A DNA stretch of 64,000 bases from an uncultured Gammaproteobacteria bacterium (GTDB lineage: Bacteria > Patescibacteriota > Microgenomatia > UBA8517), in the NCBI GenBank assembly GCA_964458085.1, contig CAYWFF010000001.1, forward strand, positions 890-64,889, given 5' to 3'. Numbering within the stretch: the stretch's first letter is position 1; every line of letters starts with the position of its first letter. The translations under genes were made by a program, and so were the position numbers. Of this stretch, positions 20,988 through 31,480 are shown in pieces. The notes below the pieces were generated by a model, which saw nothing but the letters and a program-made list of their open reading frames with translations, was not told the origin of the DNA and ran no database searches.

Positions 20988-21974
20988 TTACTGCCTTCTT
21001 TTCTCCCACACATCCGGGTTAACAATGGTGTCCGGTCGCTGGCCGTTGAGGGTATTTAGCACCGCATCCACCGCTTGGTGTCCCATTTTTTCCCTAGCTT
21101 CCCATGTGGCGGAAGCAATATGTGGAGTCAGTATCACGTTTTCCATACCGACAAGTTCGGGATTTATATTGGGCTCATTGTCAAAAACATCAAGCCCGGC
21201 ACCGGCAAGTTTTCCCGACCGAAGCGCATTTACCAAATCATGTTCATCAACGATTGGACCGCGAGCGGTATTTAAAAGAAAGCTTCCCGGTTTCATTTTG
21301 TTAAATGCGTCAATATTCATCATGTGTCGTGTCTCGTCAGTCAAAGGCACGTGGAGTGTCACAAAATCACTCTCCGCCAAAAGTCTATCCATATCAGCAT
21401 ATTCGACTCCAAGTTCCTGCTCTGCTTGCTCATCACGGCTTCGTTTGTAATACAAAACCCGCATATTAAAACCCTTTGAGCGCCTGGCAACCATCGCACC
21501 TATCCGCCCCATACCGACGATTCCCAATGTTTTTCCGATTAGACTTGAACCGATAAATATAGAGGGTTCCCAACCTGAGTAACTTCCCCTTTTGGTTGCT
21601 TCATCTGCTTCCACAATCCTTCGGGCTAAACCTAAAATCAAAGCCCAAGCGTGCTCAGCCACCGCTTCGTTAACCTCATCTGACGGAGTGTTTGAAATTA
21701 CAATTCCCCTCTCTGTTGCATCTTCTACTTTAATATTGTCAAAGCCAACCGCGTAGTTTGATACAACTTTCAATTGCGGTCCAATAGCATCCAATACTTC
21801 TCCGTCAATTTTATCGGTTAGTAAAGACAATAAAGCATCTGCTCCCTGCGCTTTTTCCAGAAGTTCTTCCGCAGTTAGTGGTCTGTCAAATTCGGAAACC
21901 ATTATTTCGTGCCCTGAATTGTATAGCTTTTCAAGGGAGGTTCCGGGAATTTTGCGGGTTACAACAATTTTCAT
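20988..21974 (-). CDS. D-glycerate dehydrogenase / glyoxylate reductase family
   Basis: NYAVGFDNI, GIVGMGRIG, NTARG, LDVFDNEP, TPHIAS. Confidence 0.93.
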   Translation of the reverse strand: MKIVVTRKIPGTSLEKLYNSGHEIMVSEFDRPLTAEELLEKAQGADALLSLLTDKIDGEVLDAIGPQLKVVSNYAVGFDNIKVEDATERGIVISNTPSDEVNEAVAEHAWALILGLARRIVEADEATKRGSYSGWEPSIFIGSSLIGKTLGIVGMGRIGAMVARRSKGFNMRVLYYKRSRDEQAEQELGVEYADMDRLLAESDFVTLHVPLTDETRHMMNIDAFNKMKPGSFLLNTARGPIVDEHDLVNALRSGKLAGAGLDVFDNEPNINPELVGMENVILTPHIASATWEAREKMGHQAVDAVLNTLNGQRPDTIVNPDVWEKRRQ

Positions 21975-22054
21975 TAACTCCAGTCTACAAATTATTGAGA
22001 CTTACTGCAAGATGTTTGGAGAAAAAAATTAAGTAAGGTAAAATATACTTAACA

Positions 22055-23821
22055 ATGACTGAATCAGCACCCGGGAAAAATAATGTAAGTAGAAGAGATT
22101 TTTTAAAAGTAGCTGCAACAACTGCAGCTGCATTAGGTGCTGATGTGTTGAGAAGAACTACAGGAATAGATGCAAATACATTCGCCGCTGAAGCCGCTGG
22201 ACTTGAACCTCAGGTAACTTTACCTCCTAATACGGAAATCGATACTGTAGTTACATACGGTGTAAGAACGGAAAACAATGAAACCAAACTCGAACCTTTA
22301 GATTATATACAGTGCAGGCAAGTAATAGATTATTTTAATGGACTTAAAGCAGAACTAGATCCTAGAAAACGCATCACAATGGATATAGTCTCAGAAACTA
22401 CTTATAAAAATTTCACACTCGGACCAGATGATCCGAGAACAATTCAAGCTTATTACGGTGATGTACATGAAGCAAAAAACAGCATTTATGATGAGGGTAA
22501 AAAACTACTTGAAAATGTAACATTAGATGAACAGTTTGAGGGTGTAGAATTTCGAAACGTATTAATTGTAGTTAGAGATGATATTTTTCCGGAACCACCC
22601 GAATCTCACCATTTAGGATTTATAGATCCAAACAACCCAGGACCGTATTTATACGTAGATGGCTGGCGGGGACGTGTCGGTGAACTGTCCGAACCAAGAT
22701 CAAGTGACTATTGGATTGATGCTTTACAAGCAGATGGCTCCAGACTTCATGAGGGTTGTCATTTAACAGAAGATCTACCTGACGATTATTTAATAGACTA
22801 TGATTACAATTTAACAGGAACACAAAATTTATTACGTTTTATACAAGATAAGAAGTACCCAAATGGCGACAAGCGAATAGCTGAAATTGTTGGTGTAAAT
22901 GTAGAAGAAATAGAAGTTCATCTTATTCAAAAAATTGAATTACAAAAAAACCAAGCTGAGAAAAACACCTCGGCAAATGTTGATCCATTCAGAGGTGTAC
23001 CAACCGAGTGGAGAAAATATTTTGTTAATCAACGGATTGGCCCCCCGGGCACAACCCCCGATCCTGACGGTTCCACTATAATGAGTGAGGCATCGCAAAT
23101 GAAGATAAGCAGATATGCAATGTATGTGCAATTGAACCGTATTAGAGAAGGCAAGATGCATGATCTTACTTATACTAAACCAGAAATATACGGAATTCCT
23201 CCCTTAATAGCAGAAGAAAATTACTTGAATGTTGGGACTGCTTTAAATGGTCAACAATTTGAAATATATCGATCAGAAGGTGATTATGGTGATAGACATT
23301 TTGAAAGAATTCTAAATGGTAGTGTTGAGGATGGAAAAATTAATATACAAAACCCTTGGTCTGATCCGAACCTATTAGTAAACGTACAGGGGCGGGATAT
23401 GATTCCTGAATACCGAAGTCTTCTTTTTATAAAAGTTATCGGTAGTGATCCAGATAATCCAAAGTGGATATATATGGATGCCCGGTCGTTTTTTGAAGCA
23501 TATATTAAACATCACAAAACTAAAGCAGTAGAATTTACCCATATTCCTCTGGCAGATAAAAACTCAATATTCCAAACTCACGATTGGGCAAGTCATGGGA
23601 ATACGAGAGTTTATCAAGAAGCTACCTTAACCTCCACACCTCTTCCAGCAACTGAAACTCCACAATTTACAGTTACACAAACACCACCCGCCAGCACTGG
23701 TACACAAACTGCAACAGTCACGGAACAACCAACTGTTCAACCGCCAATTTCTGCAACTCCGACTCCACTGAGGCAACGATTGGAGAAAATATTTATACCA
23801 CTTTTAAAGAAAGGAAGATAA
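22055..23821 (+). CDS. Secreted putative metalloprotease with twin-arginine-like signal, Thr/Pro linker and C-terminal IFIPLL motif
   Basis: SRRDFLK; LHEGCH..LPDDY; TSTPLPATETP linker; KIFIPLLKKGR. Confidence 0.65.
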   Translation: MTESAPGKNNVSRRDFLKVAATTAAALGADVLRRTTGIDANTFAAEAAGLEPQVTLPPNTEIDTVVTYGVRTENNETKLEPLDYIQCRQVIDYFNGLKAELDPRKRITMDIVSETTYKNFTLGPDDPRTIQAYYGDVHEAKNSIYDEGKKLLENVTLDEQFEGVEFRNVLIVVRDDIFPEPPESHHLGFIDPNNPGPYLYVDGWRGRVGELSEPRSSDYWIDALQADGSRLHEGCHLTEDLPDDYLIDYDYNLTGTQNLLRFIQDKKYPNGDKRIAEIVGVNVEEIEVHLIQKIELQKNQAEKNTSANVDPFRGVPTEWRKYFVNQRIGPPGTTPDPDGSTIMSEASQMKISRYAMYVQLNRIREGKMHDLTYTKPEIYGIPPLIAEENYLNVGTALNGQQFEIYRSEGDYGDRHFERILNGSVEDGKINIQNPWSDPNLLVNVQGRDMIPEYRSLLFIKVIGSDPDNPKWIYMDARSFFEAYIKHHKTKAVEFTHIPLADKNSIFQTHDWASHGNTRVYQEATLTSTPLPATETPQFTVTQTPPASTGTQTATVTEQPTVQPPISATPTPLRQRLEKIFIPLLKKGR

Positions 23822-23875
23822 CTCAAGTTATTAAACTCGATGGTTACAGTGTCTTAGAGAGAATTCAAAGGTGAA

Positions 23876-24871
23876 CTACAACTCACTCACTCCCACGCCA
23901 CAGCTTTTGGCACGCTCCAGCCATTCAGGCATTTTTTCCTCGGTTAAAAGTCCCTTTTGCGGTCCCATGTAGCCTATAACCGAAGATGCGTTAACTGCAC
24001 CCCATACCAAGGCTTCTTCCAAAGGTTTGCCTTTTATTAGAGCCGCAATCATACCCGAACCAAAAGAATCCCCTGCTCCGGTCCGCTCGTAAGCATCAAT
24101 AGGAAGTGCTCCTGCCCGTAAAAACCTTTCACCGTCATACACAAATGAGCCATTGCTGCCGTCTGTAATTACGGACACCTTGGGCCCCATCTGACTCATA
24201 GCGCTTAAAAGCTCTCTGTCCTTGTCGTGAGAGTCACCAAATCCTGTTATTTTTTCAGCTTCTTGCCTGTTTACGTACACTAAATAAGTTGATTCCAAAA
24301 CCGGTTTTATGGTTTCAATTCCTGCCCTTAGCTGCCTACTTCCGGGATTAAAAGCTAATTTAGTTTCAGGATGCGTCTTAGCCCAGCGGGAAAGTTTTAG
24401 GTAAAAATCTTCAAATCCTTCTGCCATGGAAGTCAAATATACCCAAGGAACTAGAGGAAAGTCCTCAGGAAACTGATATTCTTTTTTGGCATGGTAAGTG
24501 AAAATTGTCCGCTCCCCCGAATAAACGACTACGGTCGAATAATTGGACTCTACTCCGTCAAGCATACGGGTGTAAACCAGATCAACCCCTTCGTCCCGTA
24601 ATTGATCGTATATATTTCTTCCGGTTGTGTCTCCTCCTAAACTTGATAAAATTCCGGTTTTGATACCTAAACGGGCTGCACCAACTGCGTTATTTGCTGC
24701 ATTTCCCCCAACAGAAAAGTCCAGAGTGCGCACAGGAATTTTGTCGCCGTAAGAAAAACAAATTAGACAATCTTTATCATTGAGTTGACACAAAGCTTCA
24801 CTTTCAGTAGGAGTAATGTATACATCCATCGTCGCATCCCCAACGGATAAAAGTTCCAGATCTGTTGTCAT
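23876..24871 (-). CDS. PfkB-family carbohydrate kinase
   Basis: GGNAANNAVGAARLG, GERTI, NPG, RTGAGDSF. Confidence 0.93.
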   Translation of the reverse strand: MTTDLELLSVGDATMDVYITPTESEALCQLNDKDCLICFSYGDKIPVRTLDFSVGGNAANNAVGAARLGIKTGILSSLGGDTTGRNIYDQLRDEGVDLVYTRMLDGVESNYSTVVVYSGERTIFTYHAKKEYQFPEDFPLVPWVYLTSMAEGFEDFYLKLSRWAKTHPETKLAFNPGSRQLRAGIETIKPVLESTYLVYVNRQEAEKITGFGDSHDKDRELLSAMSQMGPKVSVITDGSNGSFVYDGERFLRAGALPIDAYERTGAGDSFGSGMIAALIKGKPLEEALVWGAVNASSVIGYMGPQKGLLTEEKMPEWLERAKSCGVGVSEL

Positions 24872-24890
24872 ATTCTATACTACCACGAAG

Positions 24891-25961
24891 TTACTCGTTC
24901 TCTAAAGAAATGTTATATTTCCCCTCTCTGGCCAGAGAATTTAGTTTTACCCGTTTTAGGAAAGCTTGTTGGGAATTTTCTCTATTTTCCTCTTTCCCTT
25001 GCCAGGTTGAAAGAACCGGTTCCTGAAGTGCGCGCCCGAAAGAAAAACTTATTTGCCAAGGCGTATCTGCTTTGTTTTTATTAATTTCATTCAAGTATAA
25101 AGTGGAGTCTTCTGGTGTTAAACCTCCGGACAAAAAGACTACCCCGGGAACTTGCGCAGGAACTGAACGGGTTAAGGTGTGGAGAGTCAACTCGGCAATT
25201 TCTTCTAAAGTTGCTTTACTTTGGTTTTCTTTACCTGAAACAATCATATTTACCTTCAAAAGCATGCCTTCATAGATTACTTTATGATCTTCAAGAGATG
25301 CGAATAGGGTTTTTAAAACCGCAGTAGTCACTTCTTCGCATCTGCCTATATCGTGATCTCCATCCATTAGAATTTCAGGCTCGACAATTGGCACCAGTAC
25401 TGCTTCTTGAGACAACGCAGCAAAACGGGACAGTAATTCGACGTTTGAATTTATACAAGTTAATGTCGGAATTCCTGCTCCTACCGTAATAACTGCCCGC
25501 CATTTTGTGAAAGCCGCGCCCAGGGAAACATATTCTGATAGTCTCTCGCGAAGTCCGTCTATTCCTTCAGTTATCTTTTCATCTGGAAAAAATGCCAAAT
25601 CGACCGTCCCTTTGTCCACTTTGATTCCGGGAAGAATTCCACGCTCATGAAGATACTGAGGAATAGGTTTACCATAAGTTGTCGTTTGTCTAATAGTTTC
25701 ATCAAAAAGAATTACCCCGCTGATGTATTTTTCCATTTCAGGAGTTGTAAGCAATAAATCTCTGTATTTTCTTCTCGATTCTTCAGTTGATTCAATTCCG
25801 ATTTTGTCAAACCGCTTTTTGATGGAAGGAAAACTCTCATCGGCAGCTAGAATTCCTCTACCCTCGGCAACTAATTGTTTGGCAACTGAAATCAATTTAT
25901 CTTTGTCCATAGCAGTTAGTTTAAAGTAGCATGCGGCAGTTGAAATTACAATCTCCTCCAC
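24891..25961 (-). CDS. Fructose-bisphosphate aldolase class I (likely start 25910)
   Basis: GILAADES, GIKVDKG, KWRAV, PIVEPE, FLSGG, FSFGRALQ. Confidence 0.96.
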   Translation of the reverse strand: MEEIVISTAACYFKLTAMDKDKLISVAKQLVAEGRGILAADESFPSIKKRFDKIGIESTEESRRKYRDLLLTTPEMEKYISGVILFDETIRQTTTYGKPIPQYLHERGILPGIKVDKGTVDLAFFPDEKITEGIDGLRERLSEYVSLGAAFTKWRAVITVGAGIPTLTCINSNVELLSRFAALSQEAVLVPIVEPEILMDGDHDIGRCEEVTTAVLKTLFASLEDHKVIYEGMLLKVNMIVSGKENQSKATLEEIAELTLHTLTRSVPAQVPGVVFLSGGLTPEDSTLYLNEINKNKADTPWQISFSFGRALQEPVLSTWQGKEENRENSQQAFLKRVKLNSLAREGKYNISLENE

Positions 25962-25973
25962 TGATAATGAAGT

Positions 25974-26438
25974 ATGGCAAAAGAACCAGAGATAATAACA
26001 GTAGTCAAAGCGAAACGGTCAATATTCGATTATTTTAAACCTAAGAAAAAAAGAGCTGACAAAAAACCTAAACCCAAAAAGCTTCCCAAAGCAACGGTTT
26101 TTATTGAAACAAAGAAAGTAAGTCCGGCAATTTCCAAAGAAGCACCTTTGTCTACTAAGGTAGTTTCTAATCCCGTACAACCACCGCAACCCACCAAAAA
26201 AACTAATGTGTCTAAAAAGGCTAAGGCAAAAGATAATACTTTACCGAAAGCGGTGCCTAAGTTAGAAAAAGTTAAAACACTCTCAACTACACAAAATGTT
26301 GCTCCCCGCACAGACGGTATCGTGGTCGGTCACATTAAACCTGTTAGCAAATTACCAGTAATTGTAGTGACGCTGTTTATCCTTTTTGTTATGTTTTCAA
26401 TACTTATTTACCTCGTAATTCAAAATACCATTTCCTAA
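25974..26438 (+). CDS. Lys/Pro-rich hypothetical protein with C-terminal TM
   Basis: Low-complexity basic region followed by a hydrophobic tail. Confidence 0.65.
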   Translation: MAKEPEIITVVKAKRSIFDYFKPKKKRADKKPKPKKLPKATVFIETKKVSPAISKEAPLSTKVVSNPVQPPQPTKKTNVSKKAKAKDNTLPKAVPKLEKVKTLSTTQNVAPRTDGIVVGHIKPVSKLPVIVVTLFILFVMFSILIYLVIQNTIS

Positions 26439-26479
26439 ACTTCGCTTGAAATGAATAACATTTCTGACTACACTACCCT

Positions 26480-27115
26480 ATGACCACCATCCCCGAATCG
26501 GAATATGGCTTTCTGTTTCACTATTACCGGGCTGAAGTATACCGTGAGTCAAATTGGCGAAGCAGACTCGATGTTACCACCAATTGGGCCATTGTCACAA
26601 CCGCTGCAATTATTTCCTTTGCGTTCGGAGAACCACGTGTTCCTCATACAATAATTTTAGTAAACTACTTGCTAATCTGGTTTTTCCTCTATTTAGAAGC
26701 AAGAAGATACAGATATTACACAATGCTTCGCGAGAGGACTCGTGCCCTGGAAAAAGAACTCTTTGCACCTATTTTTTCCGGTACAAACATTAAAAACCTT
26801 GACGTAGAAAAGTGGCAGCATGCAGTTTCTGACGATTTACAAAAACCACATGTCCATATGTCAAAAGCCGAAGCAATAGCCTGGCGGATGTAACATAATT
26901 ATATTATGCTTTTTATCTTTTTATTTTTAGTTTGGATAACGAAAATCCGGGCATATCCGGTTGACGCTATAGACTTAGAGCAAATGTTTGAAAACGCAAG
27001 ACTTTCTTTCATTCCGGGAGGTTTGGTGTTCGCTGTTTTTTCGATTTTTCTTACTATAACTATTGCCTTTGCAATCTATATTCCCAGACATTCTGAGGTG
27101 GATGATCTTCCTTAA
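26480..27115 (+). pseudogene. DUF2270-like membrane protein interrupted by an in-frame TAA at 26891-26893
   Basis: HYYRAE...WRSRLDVTTNWA, EARRYRYY; ORFs 26480-26893 and 26906-27115 share a frame and read AIAWRM*HNY. Confidence 0.75.
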
Positions 27116-27118
27116 GAT

Positions 27119-27616
27119 CTAAACAATCTGTTTTCGAAGTATAAATGGTGAAACAAGTCCGCCTAAACCTAACAGTGTAAGCATTACGGTGGGGAGCCCA
27201 AATCCTGCATCAGGGAGCTGATCGGTTGCGGTGGTTGTTCCGGTGGAGTTTTCGATACCAGTGTCTGCCGGCACATCACTTCCGGTAGTTAATGTAAAAC
27301 TATACAATCCGCCAGTTGGAGATGAAAGAGCTACGCTGTGGTCCCCTTCCGTAAGGGTCGTAGCATAACTCCAGTTTCCTCCGGTGTCTGCGGAAGTTGT
27401 TGCCGACACATCATCTATAACTATAGTTACTACTTCTGACGCAGTTGTTGTTCCAGTTAAAACTACATTTGTACTTGTATACCACCAATGGGAATATTTA
27501 GCTCCACTTGTATCCAAGCCACCGATTGCAGTAAGGGTCAAGTCGGCAGCGAAAGCGGCGTGGGGAAAAAGTAGAAAAACAACAAGAAAAACTGAAATGA
27601 TTCTGGACAGATGCAT
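27119..27616 (-). CDS. Secreted Ig-like (Big) domain protein with LPxxG-type sorting signal
   Basis: Signal peptide; GNWSY..LTEGDHSV; LPDAG + TM + RK tail. Confidence 0.75.
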   Translation of the reverse strand: MHLSRIISVFLVVFLLFPHAAFAADLTLTAIGGLDTSGAKYSHWWYTSTNVVLTGTTTASEVVTIVIDDVSATTSADTGGNWSYATTLTEGDHSVALSSPTGGLYSFTLTTGSDVPADTGIENSTGTTTATDQLPDAGFGLPTVMLTLLGLGGLVSPFILRKQIV

Positions 27617-27697
27617 TACTTATTATTACGGAAGTTTAAACACCTTGTCAATGGAGCAACAAATTAGCAAATGAAAGAAGTTGTATTATTGGTATTG

Positions 27698-28699
27698 TTA
27701 TTCTGAAGTGTTTTTCCGGGTAATAACTTTCCTTACTTTCTCTTCGATGCGTTCTGCCGTAAGTCCATACTTCTCCCACAATTCTTCAGGTTTACCTGAT
27801 TCACCAAATGAGTCCTGCATCCCTACAAATTCCATAGGCGTAGGCTCCCGTTTTACTAATAATTCTGCAACTGTACTCCCCAATCCGCCACTTACTTGAT
27901 GCTCTTCGACAGATACTACTGCACCAGTTCGTCTGGCAACTGAAAGAATTGTTTCTTCATCAAGTGGTTTAACGGTGTGACTATTCACTACAAGCACTTC
28001 TATTCCTTGCTCTTCCAACAAATGTGCAGCTTTCAAAGCTTCAGACAATAGTGGTCCACAGGCAACTATAGCTGCCTGAGGACTAGCAGACTGCCAATAA
28101 ATTTCAGCTTTACCGATTTCAAATGGGGTTTCTTCAGTTGTCATTACAGCGGTTTTTTCGCGAGCAAGCCTTATATAAGAAGGCTTGCCGTTGTCAGCGA
28201 TTGCAATTGTTGCTTTTTTCGCCTCTATTGCGTCGCAAGGAACAACAACAATCACATTAGGCAACACCCGCATCAAAGCAATGTCTTCTAGCGCTTGATG
28301 TGTTGCGCCGTCCGGACCAACGGAAACTCCGGAATGGGAACCCACAATTTTGACTGGCATTTCGTTAAGCGCAACAGTAGTTCTAATCTGCTCCCAGTTT
28401 CTCCCCGGAGAAAAAGTGGCGTATGAAGCTATAAAAGGGATTTTTCCAACTGCTGCCATTCCTGCAGCAACTGTAACTAATGCCTGTTCCGCAACCCCAA
28501 CCTCAATAAACCTTTCGGGAAATTCCTTGCGAAATAAATCCATTTTCGTGCTTTCAGTCAGATCAGCACACAAGGCAATCACCTGTTCGTTCCGCTTCCC
28601 CGTTTCCACCAAACCTTCCCCAAACCCCTGGCGGGTAGGTACCAAGTCCACTTCTGAAGTGAAAATTCTTTCTGATAACAAAAGATTCTTGTTTAACAT
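27698..28699 (-). CDS. Transketolase, C-terminal subunit
   Basis: ADLTEST, GVAEQ, GPDGATHQ, VEEH. Confidence 0.95.
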   Translation of the reverse strand: MLNKNLLLSERIFTSEVDLVPTRQGFGEGLVETGKRNEQVIALCADLTESTKMDLFRKEFPERFIEVGVAEQALVTVAAGMAAVGKIPFIASYATFSPGRNWEQIRTTVALNEMPVKIVGSHSGVSVGPDGATHQALEDIALMRVLPNVIVVVPCDAIEAKKATIAIADNGKPSYIRLAREKTAVMTTEETPFEIGKAEIYWQSASPQAAIVACGPLLSEALKAAHLLEEQGIEVLVVNSHTVKPLDEETILSVARRTGAVVSVEEHQVSGGLGSTVAELLVKREPTPMEFVGMQDSFGESGKPEELWEKYGLTAERIEEKVRKVITRKNTSE

Positions 28700-28702
28700 A
28701 AT

Positions 28703-29545
28703 TTATTCGTATTCCGATTGTATCTTCCCTCCCAAACTTCTCAAATTCTGCAATGCATCAATTGCGTCCCCCAGGTCAGGTGGCTTTCCGTGCCACTCAG
28801 GCAAGTTCTCCATAAATTCGACTCCCTTCCCCGGAATTGTCCGGCAAATTACAGCAACCGGATTGACATGAATTGCGCGTGCCTCGTTTGCTGCATCTAT
28901 AATTGCCTCGATATTGTGACCGTCTATTTCCAACACCGTCCAGTTAAATGCTTCATACTTTGCCCGTAAAGGCTCGAGAGGCATCACATCTTCTGTATAG
29001 CCGTCAATTTGAATGTTATTACGGTCAATAAACATTGTTAAATTAGCCAAATTGTATTTACCGGCAAAAAGAACCGCTTCCCAATGATTTCCTTCCTGAT
29101 GCTCTCCGTCTGAAGTTACTGCATAAACTCTGTTAGTTTTGCCGTCCATCCTTAAGCCGTAGGCCATTCCCGAAGCTTGTGCTAAACCAGAGCCTAAGGG
29201 ACCTGAAGTTGTTTCAATTCCTGGGAGTTTGGTACGTTCAGGATGACCTTGAAGTCTTGTGCCTAACTTCCGGAGAGTTAACAATTCCGATATGGGAAAA
29301 TAGCCGGCATGGGCAAGTGTCGCATAAAGTACTGGAGTGATGTGTCCGCAGGAAAGCACCAATCGGTCACGTTCTTCCCACATTGGCTCATCAGGATTAT
29401 GCTTTAAAATGTTAAAATACAAAGCAGTAAACACGTCTGCCATCCCCAAAGGCCCTGCAGAATGCCCGCTTCCTGCTTCTAAAAGCATTTTGACAATATC
29501 CTGTCTTATTTCGTTGGCTCTACTCTCGAGTTCCTGTGTTGTCAT
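28703..29545 (-). CDS. Transketolase, N-terminal subunit
   Basis: SGH, RDRLVLSCGH, LQGHP, SDGEHQEG, WHGK. Confidence 0.95.
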   Translation of the reverse strand: MTTQELESRANEIRQDIVKMLLEAGSGHSAGPLGMADVFTALYFNILKHNPDEPMWEERDRLVLSCGHITPVLYATLAHAGYFPISELLTLRKLGTRLQGHPERTKLPGIETTSGPLGSGLAQASGMAYGLRMDGKTNRVYAVTSDGEHQEGNHWEAVLFAGKYNLANLTMFIDRNNIQIDGYTEDVMPLEPLRAKYEAFNWTVLEIDGHNIEAIIDAANEARAIHVNPVAVICRTIPGKGVEFMENLPEWHGKPPDLGDAIDALQNLRSLGGKIQSEYE

Positions 29546-29653
29546 ATTTAGCGAATTAAAATAGTTCTACCAATTTAGTAAAGAATATTAAATATTCTAG
29601 CCCGATAAAAAGTGTGTTTCCTTTGTGTTTATTTCCAACTTTACAAAACCATA

Positions 29654-29707
29654 TTATTCGTAGCTATTCGTATCATTCGTACTCATTCGTAGATTAGTAT
29701 CATTATT
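29654..29707. repeat. Short imperfect tandem repeat (ATTCGTA x4)
   Basis: attcgtagct attcgtatc attcgtactc attcgtag in an intergenic gap. Confidence 0.6.
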
Positions 29708-30356
29708 AAGTCATGAATGCTTTCTCACTACACACCTTGCAATGGCTGTGGTCTATTTTTTGAAGTTTGTGTTCAAACTTTTGAATAGTAGGCAAAACAT
29801 CCTCTCGTCTTTCGACAATCTCAAATGAATTCATTTCCTGATAATCTATGTTCATGTTCCGCTTTATAGCGTCAACAATTTCGTGCCAGAAGTCTCCATA
29901 GAGAATAAACGGTTTATGGTGTCCATGATAAAGTTTGGACAGAACCCAAGCTGTCCCGAATTCGCTTAAAGTACCAGATCCGCCTTTAAAAATAATAAAC
30001 ATATCCGCATGTTCCAGAAGTTTAAACATTCGCTCAATATAGTTTGTTGTCTTTATTTCATCAGTAGTAATATTTCTGACATACCGACCTTCAAATCCCG
30101 GTGCGTCTTTCGGATAAAAAGTCACGGAAATGGTTTCCCCATGTACTGCTGCAGCTCCTTGGGTGGCTGCATACATCACTCCCGGGCCGCCGCCATTTAC
30201 AATCGTAAAGCCTTCTAATGAAAGCTCCTTTGCCAATTCATAAGCGTCTTTAAAAACGGGATCTGTTTCAGGTATGTTTGCATCCCCGAAAAAAGCAATA
30301 TTTTTTAAAAGCGGGCGCGGAAAAGGAACGGAACTTGCTTTGGTTTTCTCACCCAT
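29706..30356 (-). CDS. LOG-family protein (nucleotide monophosphate nucleosidase-like)
   Basis: NGGGPGVM, GGSGTLSE. Confidence 0.88.
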   Translation of the reverse strand: MGEKTKASSVPFPRPLLKNIAFFGDANIPETDPVFKDAYELAKELSLEGFTIVNGGGPGVMYAATQGAAAVHGETISVTFYPKDAPGFEGRYVRNITTDEIKTTNYIERMFKLLEHADMFIIFKGGSGTLSEFGTAWVLSKLYHGHHKPFILYGDFWHEIVDAIKRNMNIDYQEMNSFEIVERREDVLPTIQKFEHKLQKIDHSHCKVCSEKAFMT

Positions 30357-31002
30357 GAAGTTTTATCTCCTTTTCAAATTCTTCCAAGTTAGTTTTTAGA
30401 TCCCTTTCAAAAAGCCTTATACCAATAGCCAATTCATCTGCTCCTGCTTCGACAATTTCCTTAGCATTTTCCGGGGTGATACCGATATCGGAAATTATGG
30501 AAAACGGAGTATCATCTTTTTTACGTAATTCATTTAATTCCTTTATTTTACCTAAAGCCCTTTTGTCAAAAGGCTGTCCGCCGAATCCTGCCGAGCCGTT
30601 AAGAATCAAAACCGTATCAAGATCAGTCAAGATTTCCTTGTCTAGAGCGCCCAGCGGAGTTTCAATATCCAAAGCAAGTCCTACTTTGCAGCCAGTTGCT
30701 TGGACTTTACCAATAAACTCTATCTGGCTTTCCATCATTTCAATTTGACCAATTATTCGCTCCGCCATACCTCGCACACAGCGCTCTACCCAGTCGATAG
30801 GGTTTCTAACCATTAAATGGTAATCAAGTCTGAGGGAACTTTCGAGATCAGAAAAAACTGACGGATCAACTGTTTTATTGGCTGCAAATTCACCATCAAT
30901 AATATCAATTTGGAACTTTTCAACTAAGTCCTCGCACTGTTCAATCCAGTTTTTAATTTCATTAGGATCGTTTGAAATAGGTGATGGGATAATTATCGCC
31001 AT
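30349..31002 (-). CDS. rpe: Ribulose-phosphate 3-epimerase (divergent)
   Basis: IDIIDGEF, DYHLMV, GFGGQ; first metal His appears replaced by Gln. Confidence 0.85.
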   Translation of the reverse strand: MAIIIPSPISNDPNEIKNWIEQCEDLVEKFQIDIIDGEFAANKTVDPSVFSDLESSLRLDYHLMVRNPIDWVERCVRGMAERIIGQIEMMESQIEFIGKVQATGCKVGLALDIETPLGALDKEILTDLDTVLILNGSAGFGGQPFDKRALGKIKELNELRKKDDTPFSIISDIGITPENAKEIVEAGADELAIGIRLFERDLKTNLEEFEKEIKLHG

Positions 31003-31478
31003 AGTAAGGAAAATGTTTCCAAAGCTTTGTGTTGGGTTGTCTCAAAATGAGTCTCAGGTCGTTTTTCCATAACCAAACTCATGGCCTCAGCAACACTCAT
31101 TTCTTTATAGCGAATAAGGTAAGCCGCAACAAGTGTCGGGCTTCTTCCATGGCCATTTCTGCAGTGAACGTAAATGATGTTCCCATTCTCAACCGCTTCG
31201 TGAATAAGTGTGGTTCCAATTCGAAGTTGATCCGGACTCGGCGCGTCACCATCAACAACAGGAAGCCAAGCATACATATCAATATCATCAGGTGGTGTTT
31301 CTTTTTTCTCGGCTGCCAGATTAATCTCCAAACAAACACCAAGTTTTTTAAATTCATCTGCGTGGAAGGTACACTCTCTTCCGGTACAGAAGTCCGACCC
31401 TACATAAATCTGTTCAGTTATTTGCGAATAGTCAAAAGTGTGTTCATCGTTTCTACCATGTGGTTCCGGCTTATCCAT
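30993..31478 (-). CDS. Dual-specificity protein phosphatase family
   Basis: VHCRNGHGRS (CX5R). Confidence 0.9.
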   Translation of the reverse strand: MDKPEPHGRNDEHTFDYSQITEQIYVGSDFCTGRECTFHADEFKKLGVCLEINLAAEKKETPPDDIDMYAWLPVVDGDAPSPDQLRIGTTLIHEAVENGNIIYVHCRNGHGRSPTLVAAYLIRYKEMSVAEAMSLVMEKRPETHFETTQHKALETFSLLWR

Positions 31479-31480
31479 AT

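Noticed and set aside
26891-26893. Stop-codon reassignment
   Set aside because: TAA, TAG and TGA all end conserved genes normally elsewhere in the window.
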